Below, piece by piece: positions 8,801 through 17,664 of a DNA stretch of 64,000 nucleotides. Made by a program: the position numbers and the translations under genes. Each line of letters starts with the position of its first letter. Position 1 is the stretch's first letter. The notes below the pieces were generated by a model. It was not told the DNA's origin, ran no database searches, and was given only the letters and a program-made list of their open reading frames with translations. The DNA comes from a virus. The stretch lies in the IMG/VR virus record IMGVR_UViG_3300033128_000043, positions 15,639-79,638 of that record. One strand, 5' to 3'.

Positions 8801-11164
8801 GTGTCTGCGGAGGACATGCACGCAAGGGCTGCATATAGTGCAAGGAATATCATGCAGGACAGGGTTGTCCAAAGTGCATTTACAAAGGAATTTGCAGATC
8901 AGCTAACCTCCAGCTTGTCGGATAAAGATAAGTTTAACCAACTAGATGACAATCAAAGAGGTACTGCTAACCGATTAGGTAGCATGAGTGAGAGCAAAAG
9001 AGCTGATTTCAAGACTTACTTAGATACTGATTACATGTCTGTAGGTAAGGCGATTGGAAATGTAGATGAGCTAAATAAAGCCCTAGATGAGTTCGAGAAG
9101 AAGAATCGCGAAGCTCACAATGAGTCAAGAAGAGGATCTGAGGCTTACCGTGATCTTGGTAGGGCAGTCAGAAGCGTAGCAAGCGAAGCTGAAAATGCCA
9201 CCAAAGGCAGAATGCAAGGATTCTTAAACATGGTAGATTCCATTCCGCAGCGGGCACGTGGTGCAGGAAATGCCATGATTGGGCTTGCTAAAAATATCGG
9301 TGGAGTTGCAAAACAAATGGCATTGGCTGTAGCAGTAGGAGATGTGTTATCAAGCAATGCTGAAACACTTGCATTGACTGAGAAGCAAGAAAAGATTAGG
9401 GACTTCAGGACTGCTAATAACGATAGTGGAGAGGCTTGGGCAAAGCTACAGGGAGATATGAATAGTGGCAACTTTACTGCAGCTCTCGCTAGAGGTGGAG
9501 GCCTTCTATGGAATACGGTTATTGATGCTTTTACAGCTGGAAACGCTAAAGTTGGTGTAAATGATGTAAAAAGCTTTCAAGATGAAATGGCTAAATGGAT
9601 GCAAAAGGAGTATGGAACAAATGATGCTTCCGCTGCTTTAAAATCAGAAAACTCTAAAAGAGCAAAAGAAGCCAATGGTGGGACATACACCAAAGCAACC
9701 TATGAGGATTTAGCAAACAAGTACCTACAAGATTCAGGAAAGTTTACGGACTTGCAGGACATGGAAAAGGAGAATTTCATAGAAGAATATAAGAAATTCG
9801 CCATCTCTGAATCTGAACAAAACATGAGACGTGCTCAGGCTGAAAGAGCGAGAAAAGCCTGGGAGAACAACATGATTGAAGAGGGGGAATACGATTATTT
9901 CTCCTATGAAGACTTGAAAACTAGGATAGATGACAGTAAGAGTTCTGCTTCCAGAGATGGGCAGCTCAATCTCTTGAATTCTCTCTTAAATGGAGTGAAA
10001 TCTGACTCTGAAACTTACATGAAGTTTAGACTCCAAGCCATTGCACAAGAGAGGGAAGCGTACAAGAAAGAAATTGCTGACTTACGTACATTTATCCAAG
10101 AAAGAGAAAAAGAATTGGCGCTTCTAGAAAAGGCAGGCGGGCAATACACAATCGATCCTGCTACCGGTGAAAAGACAGAAACAAAAGAATACAAGAAGTT
10201 GAGGGAATCTGTAGAAAACAACAAGGACAAAGAGAAAAAACTTCGAGAAGAGTACGAAGTCCAAGACAGAGAAAAAGCGGTCGAGGCGCAGAGAATACGT
10301 ACCGATTTTTATATCACAAACACGCAAAAAGAGTTTTCTAGATCATCAGCACGTAAACAGTTACAAGATACATTGGCAGGTCTAACAATGAACACAGAAA
10401 GTCCAAAGTATATCGATTATCAGTTAGGGACTTCGGCTAACATGATCAGCGAGATGGAATCGAGGTTAGGCGCACTGAGAGCACAAAGTTTGGCGGATCC
10501 TGATAATACGTTAACTGATGCAATCCTTGCACTAGAGCAGCAAATAGCTGGAGCTAAGATGGAAGTGAAAAATCTTCGGCTGCAGCGACTGACTGCATGG
10601 AGAAATAACTTCAGTAATAACATGGACGATGTGGAAATTAAATATCTGCAAGAAAGAGTTAATTTGGGACCAGGAGTCAATGATGACAGCCCTCTTGCTA
10701 GGGATTTACGTATTGGAGAACTACAGGACCGTAAAAACATAATTGATCGGCAGTTAGCGGAGCGGGTTGCTCTAAAGGATAGCGGACGTTATGCGAAGGG
10801 TTCATCTGAGTTTGAAACCATCATGAAGGATATTAGGGACCTAACAAAACAGTCACTGCAGGCGCAATTAGGTATACATCAAGAATTGAAGTCACAGATG
10901 GGTGGAACGTTCAACTTACCAGAAGGAATTGCCGTGATGTCGCAGTACGATTACATGGCTAAAAAAGGTACACATTCCAGCATGACGTTGCAGCAAGGCG
11001 ATGCTTATGTAAATATCGTGCTTCCGAACGTTACAGATAAGACAGGAAGTAAACAACTTGCTCAGATAGGGAGTCAGATTGGAAAAGGAATTGTTGAGGG
11101 ACGCACCGCATCTCTCAGAAATCAAATTAATTCAGCCCCTTGGTCCTACCCCAAGATTGGGTAA
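5825..11164 (+). CDS. Tape measure protein
   Basis: 1779 aa, helical/coiled coil, TP901-like core ('SGENIGNAMKTIAAR'), directly after the G/GT genes. Confidence 0.9.
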   Translation: MSEEGKGIGLSAEILLGFEQSIKNIQAFGSAMEGLDHKFGSLEQRINSAKTSLLGLQTQTAGNNGRNLRESIQQEIDAALKVNGIAMSMVGNAPLEVKKDTVRHLFARIDAELNRAILKQVGNINIQLDPNYNTGTIPIGKDEFNALNKEIARLVKLQTKNLTDSIKGVSGSVSPENLSGLDLDISKDTVKHILSDIRKQLNPIILNPSVDTEGLSLKFTSKEFEPLIKQIKNRIREAVHVDVGKLPAGENKVSTELKTTTKKIDSLIEGYAKNIRLGMNTIDPRTVEVPMKSLSKRLQRHIADSLNTNPQELTKTLKTIDTGSAKAYELQRQFSSLERTINNKVTAGISGTMKSLRQSVREFEMHPNSSVKHYLIQELGKLNNDIIKKIRESVDMQFSSLRGEINAAQTNAKALNRNGKLKGSASYGAGGGNVYNNTVINNNAQRKDSAGIAGNDPYSRRDNYFNGHGIEGAVTNTVRHVVAGSMVGVPLMQVYEAVEQFKASQLEQLKIMQNYALKPEYKDENNRTDWSKVNSDINKMTPDLHKMSNLYAVSYGEMNQVAAVASRLTEDKASAMHFTDQASKIYRLDNESNLVEVIAPGLEAIMAQFKLSVWELDGVVNAFGVATQLTKSTSDEVMKALTRSGSALHSAKVSAPDAVALNALAIQTSGQSGENIGNAMKTIAARVTLPSVTNKLESYGIKVFEENDMGLKVRRGLVDILADTSRVAKSKYMGEDEIQSILYGEGGGYQYPKLMSFLDGMNKAGIDSSGGGLSYWRIKQEVDEWQKDPSRLQEMLATTMNAPTITLERAGVSVQNSLVSVLEELNPELQNLAKIITNLAQGIENNSELFAQLTGILANALIGFGALYGVKKVGKASKYDEHYANAQMAQRYFGGNTLTGRQVYGGRDFLNNHVLGDSRELRGKLGDQKFYNAAMKNNTLKGYFTELSNLDNDRRREIRQYISDRNGKVNNLPDLFSVMDESRGYRREKGQGVSAEDMHARAAYSARNIMQDRVVQSAFTKEFADQLTSSLSDKDKFNQLDDNQRGTANRLGSMSESKRADFKTYLDTDYMSVGKAIGNVDELNKALDEFEKKNREAHNESRRGSEAYRDLGRAVRSVASEAENATKGRMQGFLNMVDSIPQRARGAGNAMIGLAKNIGGVAKQMALAVAVGDVLSSNAETLALTEKQEKIRDFRTANNDSGEAWAKLQGDMNSGNFTAALARGGGLLWNTVIDAFTAGNAKVGVNDVKSFQDEMAKWMQKEYGTNDASAALKSENSKRAKEANGGTYTKATYEDLANKYLQDSGKFTDLQDMEKENFIEEYKKFAISESEQNMRRAQAERARKAWENNMIEEGEYDYFSYEDLKTRIDDSKSSASRDGQLNLLNSLLNGVKSDSETYMKFRLQAIAQEREAYKKEIADLRTFIQEREKELALLEKAGGQYTIDPATGEKTETKEYKKLRESVENNKDKEKKLREEYEVQDREKAVEAQRIRTDFYITNTQKEFSRSSARKQLQDTLAGLTMNTESPKYIDYQLGTSANMISEMESRLGALRAQSLADPDNTLTDAILALEQQIAGAKMEVKNLRLQRLTAWRNNFSNNMDDVEIKYLQERVNLGPGVNDDSPLARDLRIGELQDRKNIIDRQLAERVALKDSGRYAKGSSEFETIMKDIRDLTKQSLQAQLGIHQELKSQMGGTFNLPEGIAVMSQYDYMAKKGTHSSMTLQQGDAYVNIVLPNVTDKTGSKQLAQIGSQIGKGIVEGRTASLRNQINSAPWSYPKIG

Positions 11165-11168
11165 TTAC

Positions 11169-11200
11169 AAGACCTCATCAATTATATTGGTGGGGTTCTT
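11169..11200 (+). terminator. Possible terminator after tape measure gene
   Basis: AAGACCTCATCA-attatat-TGGTGGGGTTCTT imperfect hairpin. Confidence 0.5.
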
Positions 11201-11224
11201 ATAATTTATAAGAGGTGAAGACAA

Positions 11225-11842
11225 ATGTCGCAACAAAAACCAGGTAAAACACAAGATGATGTATACAAAAGAAAACTTTTTTATGATAACGGAGTTCATT
11301 TCGTAAGGGTTAAGGCTAGGCTCACAGGAGAATATAAGCCACCAACACCAATTATAAAGTCACAGGTGAATACTAACCTACAGTCCTCAGCAGGTTTGGT
11401 GAGCCAAGGGACAGCATACTACACAACCACCATACAACTATTGTTTTCGTCAAAGAATGAGTATGCAGATTGGGAGCAGTTTAAGGGAGCGCAACACAAA
11501 TTTTATGATGAAAAAGGGTCTATCTTTTTGGGGATTGTGCATGGAGATGTAGATTTACAGACCGTTGAGATGGAAACCAAGTACATGGTTACGGTCAATC
11601 TAGCGCTTATAAGAAAACAAGACTTCGAGCTCAGAAGACAACACAATTATGTAGATATAGAGGATCATTGGGCAAAAAAATATATTGAGGAGATGCATCA
11701 GCGTGGACTCATCCCATCGTTTGAAGATGATGGGACACCAGTGCAGTATTTTCAGCCTGAGGTCTGGATCAGTAGAGCGCAGGTTACCACTTACCTAGTA
11801 AGGACATACAAGCACATTGATAAGCTATTAAGGGGGAATTGA
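11225..11842 (+). CDS. Distal-tail-like protein with C-terminal SLH (S-layer homology) domain
   Basis: Dit position; C-terminus 'YVDIEDHWAKKYIEEMHQRGLI...DG...FQPEVWISRAQVTTYLVR' fits the SLH pattern. Confidence 0.65.
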   Translation: MSQQKPGKTQDDVYKRKLFYDNGVHFVRVKARLTGEYKPPTPIIKSQVNTNLQSSAGLVSQGTAYYTTTIQLLFSSKNEYADWEQFKGAQHKFYDEKGSIFLGIVHGDVDLQTVEMETKYMVTVNLALIRKQDFELRRQHNYVDIEDHWAKKYIEEMHQRGLIPSFEDDGTPVQYFQPEVWISRAQVTTYLVRTYKHIDKLLRGN

Positions 11843-11843
11843 G

Positions 11844-12923
11844 GTGCAAAAGAGTAAGAAATGGCTTGATATATCTCCGCACGATTGGTTTTTCAGATCA
11901 ATTACAGAAGCTGATACGATCTATTTAGATCAAGATAAAGAGGAAACATTGTTGTCTCCAAAGACATACAACAAATTTAAGACAGGAAAGACTAGAAATG
12001 TATTCAACTTTACCACTAGTGAGGGGCAGACATCGTTTTCAATAAAAGGATATAAGCCTGATTCCCGTGAGAAAGTTACAATTTATATTGATGGAGTCCC
12101 TACCAAGCCATCAAAACTGGCCAGTGGAAAAGTGCATATAGGTTACCCTATTGCAGGCGGAAAAGATGTCAGTATAGTAATGTCTGGCGTAGTGGATATG
12201 CACGAAGGGACTCATGAATCAAATAGCTGTCAGTCTTATCCTTTGAGCAGTTCATGTTCCGAGAAATATCCCACAAAGAAATTAGAGATGCAGAAGAAAT
12301 ATGTTTTTGATGTTAGGTACAGCTTGAATGAGTTGGCAGTTTGTTTAAATCGTAAGCTGAGAAGGATCTCAGTGCGTCCAAGAGCAAATGAGTCGGTCCA
12401 AAAAGCGCTGCAGCGGACAATAGGATTAAAAGATGATTGTTTTACCATTATTGATGGATATTTATACACTTCTCATAATTTGAACGGATTCCCTGTTTTT
12501 GTGAACTATAACTACAAAGCAGGAGCTGTAATCAAAAATAGACAACGAGAGAAAGTTGTACCAAAAACGGACTGCCCTAAATACAGTGATATGTTTTTCC
12601 CTGAGATTACAATTTCGAAGGGAGAGTTCTTCTATACATTACAGAGAATGAGAATAAACCTCTACAACAGATACTCTGATAGGGGGTACCAGCCGAAAAT
12701 TACTGAGAAGACTGAAAGGTATATCAAAGACCGCCCAAAAATTGTTGGGAAATGGTATGAAGAAGAAGTCTTAAACATCATGGATGAGAAATTTAATGAC
12801 GGATGTTATGTTTTTCCATTATACGATGATAAGACCTTTCAGCCAGAAACATGCATGACTAAGGCGGAGACAGCTGTATATCTGAATAGATTCATAGAGT
12901 GGGCATTAGAACGATTTAGGTAG
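11844..12923 (+). CDS. Tail-tip protein with SLH-like motifs
   Basis: 'WLDISPHDWFFRSITEA', 'FFPEITISKGEF' and 'DDKTFQPETCMTKAETAVYLNR'. Confidence 0.6.
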   Translation: MQKSKKWLDISPHDWFFRSITEADTIYLDQDKEETLLSPKTYNKFKTGKTRNVFNFTTSEGQTSFSIKGYKPDSREKVTIYIDGVPTKPSKLASGKVHIGYPIAGGKDVSIVMSGVVDMHEGTHESNSCQSYPLSSSCSEKYPTKKLEMQKKYVFDVRYSLNELAVCLNRKLRRISVRPRANESVQKALQRTIGLKDDCFTIIDGYLYTSHNLNGFPVFVNYNYKAGAVIKNRQREKVVPKTDCPKYSDMFFPEITISKGEFFYTLQRMRINLYNRYSDRGYQPKITEKTERYIKDRPKIVGKWYEEEVLNIMDEKFNDGCYVFPLYDDKTFQPETCMTKAETAVYLNRFIEWALERFR

Positions 12924-12925
12924 GG

Positions 12926-15900
12926 GTGAATAAGAATATGACACAAATTTATGACAAAGATACTCCGTCAACAGATTTAATAGAGGACATAACGAAAAAG
13001 ATAGACGCATTAGGTAGGGAGCCTAGGTTTATTATAGAGATCGATAAGTCAAGCTATGTGCCAGGACTCAAGGATCGATTTGAGGTCTGGGATCGTATTA
13101 GAAGCTCCTCTATCACATTTAATCAATTAGATGACGCACCTCTCACTTCTATTAAAACGGAGGAACCTGGAACAGTAGTATCTGGTGGGGAATCCGGTGA
13201 CCGGTTCGAGTATATTAAATGTACCTTCGCTAAATGGTGCTCTGTTTATGCTTTACCAAAACAAGCTTTTTATTTTCTACTCGCTGTCGCCAAGCATGAG
13301 ACAGGCTTCGGTACATTAGGTCAAGGGCGACCAGAGAAGGGGAGTTTTATTGTAGGATACGGCTGTCCTGGCGCATGTGATCAAACTTATTCAGGAATTG
13401 ATACACAGGCCAAATATGCTTGTAAGAGATATGCTGAGGCGATGAAAAGTCGGCTTGGGTCTATCAAGTCAAGGGGATACATGAATGCAAGCGATATTGA
13501 CTACTTCCATCAAGGTGGAGATAAAGGCTACAACAGATGGGTGTGGTCGGCAGACGGTGCGAACTGGAAAAGTAGGGTGAAGACCTACTATGATGTCATC
13601 CGTTTAGGTGGGTCAAAGTGGGAGTGTAAGGAAGGGACAAGCCAAGTCTCAGCTAGTATGGAGAAAGAAAATGAGGAAGACTGCGGGTGTGATGATTATG
13701 TCTATGAGGACATTCAAGGGACACAGTTACTGAGTGCGGGAGATGTCGAGTTAGGATCCGTGACATTTCCAATTGAAGGTGAAGATTTTAATAATGGGGC
13801 CTATGTTTCCTCACATCATATGGCTCACAAGGGTGGACGTGCAGGACACCGTGGGATAGATATAGTGTCTAAGACAGGCATTAATGGAAAGTGGGTTGTA
13901 GCTGCATTTGACGGCTACGTAAATAGAGCGTATCGCAGCACATCTTATGGGAATGTAGTGTTTATTAAGCATTCGAATGGATATGAAACAGTGTATGCGC
14001 ATATGCAGGAGAACTCCTTACAGGTAAAGGCAGGACAGAACGTTAAGGCCGGCGACAGGTTAGGGAGAGCAGGTTCAACCGGACAATCTTCAGGTCCTCA
14101 TCTACACTTTGAGGTGTGGAAAGGAGGATGGGTATACCACGGTTCAGGACACCTTGACCCTTATTGGATATTGACGGGAGCACAGAAGATAGGTGTTGGC
14201 GACAATGCCCCTCAGAACCCTAAAATGACGGTGAAAACTAACCTAAAATTCAACAAGTGCTTCGACAAAAATGCCAAATTAGATGCGAATTGGATCGGAA
14301 AAGAAAACGTTAAACACTTCACCTCTACGGTTACTGGTGAAAAGTACATCGGTTTCAGCAGCAATGTTAAAAAGGGGCAAGTGAAGGATTTTGGGTACAG
14401 GCACAATTTTAGCGCGGACGGTTGGTATGAGTATGCATTCTTTTGTCAGTTAAAGAGCGGGGATTCAGTGACAGTCACCTACGATGGGATTGTAGTGAAA
14501 AGGTACACTAACAAAGATAATACGTCTAAACCAACGTATGAAAAACCGATTTACACAAAGATGACTAACAATGGAACTGAGGGCGAAAATTCTCACATAC
14601 TTGACTTCACAATAGAGAATGTTAGTGGACAAGCAGAGTTCGGTATAAAGTGCTTTAAAGTAGCAGAAGTAGATGTACAGCACGGATACACCAATGTAAA
14701 TGTTACCTCTCGATTGAAGAAAAGAGATGTGTGGATTGAGACGGGGGCTTTTGTCTATGACAAGACTTTTACAATTGAGAAAGACGTGATGAATTGTGAA
14801 GTCAGTAGTCATTTTGATATGAGGACAGCCACAGCTAAATTCACTTTAGATAATAGTAAGGGAGTTTACTCACCTACCTACCAGCAGAACACCATTTTCC
14901 CTGACAATAAGCATGCAGCAGAAATGACCTATCTAGAAGGAAGCGACCTGCAGCACGTTCTGTCTGAGGGGGCTATGGTCAGAATATATGGGGGCTATGG
15001 TGATGAAATGGTTAGGGTATTCACTGGCAGGATTAAAGGGGAAATAGAACAAGATTCAGAAGCACGTACAGTCTCTATAAACTGCGTGGATATGTATGAT
15101 GACCTAGAAGAGTATGTGTTTGATCGCATGCTAACATTTCCAAGAAGAGATGAGATTCATGGTGATGAGACTCATAGCACGTTATGGGTAAAATCTGCAA
15201 TTGTCCACAACATTGTCAATGAGGCAGGCCTCTTTGGATGGAGGCAGCACGAAGATGACTTAAAGTACCCTGACGCACAAATAGAAGAGACATACTACAT
15301 TGACATAGACCGCGGAGGGAAAAAAGCCGTTGTCTGGGACCCGAAGAAAAAGCAGTACATTGAAAAGAAAATTGCCACAGTTAGAGATGCTTATGGTTTT
15401 AAGAATCCTTATGTGCAGGCTATTGATTTCAATGAGGGTACTAGGGCAGCGGATGCCATACAGGAAGTCATAGGTGATCTGATGTTTAGATCGTATTGTG
15501 ATAGGTATGGGACTTACCGTTTAGAGAACATGAGGAATTTAACCGCAGTTGAACCGAAATGGGAATTTATTGATAACGAAAATATCAAAACTCTCAGTAC
15601 ATCTATAGACCATTCTAGAGTTAGGAATCATTTGCTTGTAGTTGGAAGTGGTCTTCAGATAGAGCATTTTGTAGACAAGGAATTATTTATTGCAACCAAA
15701 GGAAGATGGCGCACAGCTAAAATCGTTCTTGATTGGATTGATGAATCCTTTGGTGCAACAGCAAAAGGAATTAAAACAGATGTAGCCGAAAAGCTGTTTT
15801 TCGATATGAAACGGCAAGCAAGAACAATTAATACCGCGGTTAAAGGTAACCCTATGATAGACATACTTGATGGTGTTTACGTATATGACCGTAATACATC

Positions 15901-16393
15901 ATCAGAAGGCTATTTCATCGTTAAAGGCAATCGGTTAGTTTTTAATAAGGAAGGCATGTTCAACTTTCTAGAGCTTACTTGGATGGATAAAGAAACCTAT
16001 GAAAAAGAAGTATTTGATTATTCCATTCCTGCCGAAACCTCCCCAGAAAATGTAGAGGGGGAAGTCGAATGTGGGGCAATTGTCAACTCAGGGCAGAAAA
16101 AAGCGTCATTTACTCACAAAGTTACAAAGAGTGGTTATGTATACGTTTCATGGGACATGTATGGGCAAGGAGATAAAATGTCTATTTACGTAGGTGGGAA
16201 GTTGAGATGGACTACAAATAAAATAGTCTCTAATAAAGGGTCAATTGGTTTCTACTATCGAAAATCCGAAGGGAAGATTGAAGTAAAACTGAACGAAGGG
16301 ATAGACATGACCTACAACACCTATTGGAAATATACCTTATATTGTCCTGGTACGGCTCCAGCAAATCTTGTTAAAAATACAACATTAGTATGA
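12926..16393 (+). CDS. Tail-associated lysin/hub protein with lysozyme-like and M23 peptidase domains
   Basis: M23 motifs HxGxD (HRGID), YAH and HLHFEV; 'LLAVAKHETGFG' lysozyme-like motif; hub-like C-terminal half ('RVFTGRI', 'CVDM'). Confidence 0.8.
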   Translation: MNKNMTQIYDKDTPSTDLIEDITKKIDALGREPRFIIEIDKSSYVPGLKDRFEVWDRIRSSSITFNQLDDAPLTSIKTEEPGTVVSGGESGDRFEYIKCTFAKWCSVYALPKQAFYFLLAVAKHETGFGTLGQGRPEKGSFIVGYGCPGACDQTYSGIDTQAKYACKRYAEAMKSRLGSIKSRGYMNASDIDYFHQGGDKGYNRWVWSADGANWKSRVKTYYDVIRLGGSKWECKEGTSQVSASMEKENEEDCGCDDYVYEDIQGTQLLSAGDVELGSVTFPIEGEDFNNGAYVSSHHMAHKGGRAGHRGIDIVSKTGINGKWVVAAFDGYVNRAYRSTSYGNVVFIKHSNGYETVYAHMQENSLQVKAGQNVKAGDRLGRAGSTGQSSGPHLHFEVWKGGWVYHGSGHLDPYWILTGAQKIGVGDNAPQNPKMTVKTNLKFNKCFDKNAKLDANWIGKENVKHFTSTVTGEKYIGFSSNVKKGQVKDFGYRHNFSADGWYEYAFFCQLKSGDSVTVTYDGIVVKRYTNKDNTSKPTYEKPIYTKMTNNGTEGENSHILDFTIENVSGQAEFGIKCFKVAEVDVQHGYTNVNVTSRLKKRDVWIETGAFVYDKTFTIEKDVMNCEVSSHFDMRTATAKFTLDNSKGVYSPTYQQNTIFPDNKHAAEMTYLEGSDLQHVLSEGAMVRIYGGYGDEMVRVFTGRIKGEIEQDSEARTVSINCVDMYDDLEEYVFDRMLTFPRRDEIHGDETHSTLWVKSAIVHNIVNEAGLFGWRQHEDDLKYPDAQIEETYYIDIDRGGKKAVVWDPKKKQYIEKKIATVRDAYGFKNPYVQAIDFNEGTRAADAIQEVIGDLMFRSYCDRYGTYRLENMRNLTAVEPKWEFIDNENIKTLSTSIDHSRVRNHLLVVGSGLQIEHFVDKELFIATKGRWRTAKIVLDWIDESFGATAKGIKTDVAEKLFFDMKRQARTINTAVKGNPMIDILDGVYVYDRNTSSEGYFIVKGNRLVFNKEGMFNFLELTWMDKETYEKEVFDYSIPAETSPENVEGEVECGAIVNSGQKKASFTHKVTKSGYVYVSWDMYGQGDKMSIYVGGKLRWTTNKIVSNKGSIGFYYRKSEGKIEVKLNEGIDMTYNTYWKYTLYCPGTAPANLVKNTTLV

Positions 16394-16397
16394 GTGA

Positions 16398-16434
16398 GAA
16401 GGCATTCCTTTGAATAGTTAGGGATGCCTTTTAT
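16398..16434 (+). terminator. Rho-independent terminator
   Basis: AAGGCATTCCT...AGGGATGCCTTTT. Confidence 0.7.
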
Positions 16435-16458
16435 TTTGCCTATAATGCGTGCAAGGAG

Positions 16459-17211
16459 TTGGTTGGGATGGGCGGAGAACAAAATTTTTTAAATACAAAC
16501 GATGTTTTTGCTGTACTGGATATCATCAATCGAAGTAACCAAATTAGCAAAAATAAAGGTGCAGTTGTCCATGAAGAAGCATCTACAGAAACAGTAGTAG
16601 GTACTCCTATATTTGATACCTCTCCTTGGCGAACAGAAGGTATGGAAATACTGCGTGAATCAGGGAAGTTAACAGGGGTGGTAGTGGCTTATACAAACGG
16701 AGCCATAAGAACCATCACTGTAAATAGAGAAGAGCTAGAAGATGGCAGGCAGGGCCTGATCAATACCATAGAAACTGTTACAGAGTTCTCTGGCCAAGTA
16801 GAAAGCATGACAGCAGAAATATTTAGGGACGATAAATCTAAAGTTATCAAGGTCACTTTCGAATACCTTGGAGAAGCAGTTCATGAGATAGAAGAGCTGT
16901 TTGTAGGAGAGGACGAAAATGCTAATGATTTCTTTGATGGTGGTGGAAGTGATGAAGGGTATGACAGTGAAGTAGATGACGCAGAAGACTATGCAGACTA
17001 TGAATACTTGGACGAAGATGAAATAACCCCTAACGAGAGTGGATATGAAGATGAAAGTATTTTAGATAACCAGCCTGAATGGATGGCAGGCATTACATCA
17101 GAAGGTGCAAGTGACGTTGTAATCGATACACCGCAGCAAATGGAAGAAGATTTTGCTGAGGAAGGGTACCCAGATGAAGAAATTGAGGAGGAGGAGGAAG
17201 TAGATGAGTGA
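16459..17211 (+). CDS. Hypothetical virion protein with very acidic C-terminal half
   Basis: 250 aa; the last ~110 aa are dominated by D/E. Confidence 0.55.
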   Translation: MVGMGGEQNFLNTNDVFAVLDIINRSNQISKNKGAVVHEEASTETVVGTPIFDTSPWRTEGMEILRESGKLTGVVVAYTNGAIRTITVNREELEDGRQGLINTIETVTEFSGQVESMTAEIFRDDKSKVIKVTFEYLGEAVHEIEELFVGEDENANDFFDGGGSDEGYDSEVDDAEDYADYEYLDEDEITPNESGYEDESILDNQPEWMAGITSEGASDVVIDTPQQMEEDFAEEGYPDEEIEEEEEVDE

Positions 17212-17659
17212 GGTAAATGCAAGTATTGTTTTGGGCGGTGATTTAGATAACTTAGGGCGTTTAGTTGGGGGAAGATTGGATTACCCTTTCATGCCCAGAA
17301 AAACTTTACCCTATATAGAGGGACTTCAAATGACCTTGCCAGGAATAGTCGAAACCTTTGATCTAAAATACACGCCACAGCAAGATATTGAGCTGTGCAG
17401 CATCGCTGTTGGGGCAAATAGGTACCACCCAACAGATAGCTGGAGTGTTTTTGTCGGTGAGGAAGAAGAGTTAAATTACATCTGCAAAAACATATACACC
17501 AAAGAGGTTCCTGAGGGCATTCAGCTTATGGCAGTCAAGTTGATCAAAGCAGGAGAAACAATCACTTTTCGCTACGATAACAGGGGCGGGAAGTCAAAAT
17601 ATGTTTGGATCAATTATCAGGGTTTGAGAGGCCCAGAAGTGAATGCAGAAGGGAGGTAG
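17204..17659 (+). CDS. Hypothetical virion structural protein
   Basis: 151 aa, beta-rich, overlaps previous stop, RBS present. Confidence 0.55.
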   Translation: MSEVNASIVLGGDLDNLGRLVGGRLDYPFMPRKTLPYIEGLQMTLPGIVETFDLKYTPQQDIELCSIAVGANRYHPTDSWSVFVGEEEELNYICKNIYTKEVPEGIQLMAVKLIKAGETITFRYDNRGGKSKYVWINYQGLRGPEVNAEGR

Positions 17660-17664
17660 ATAAA

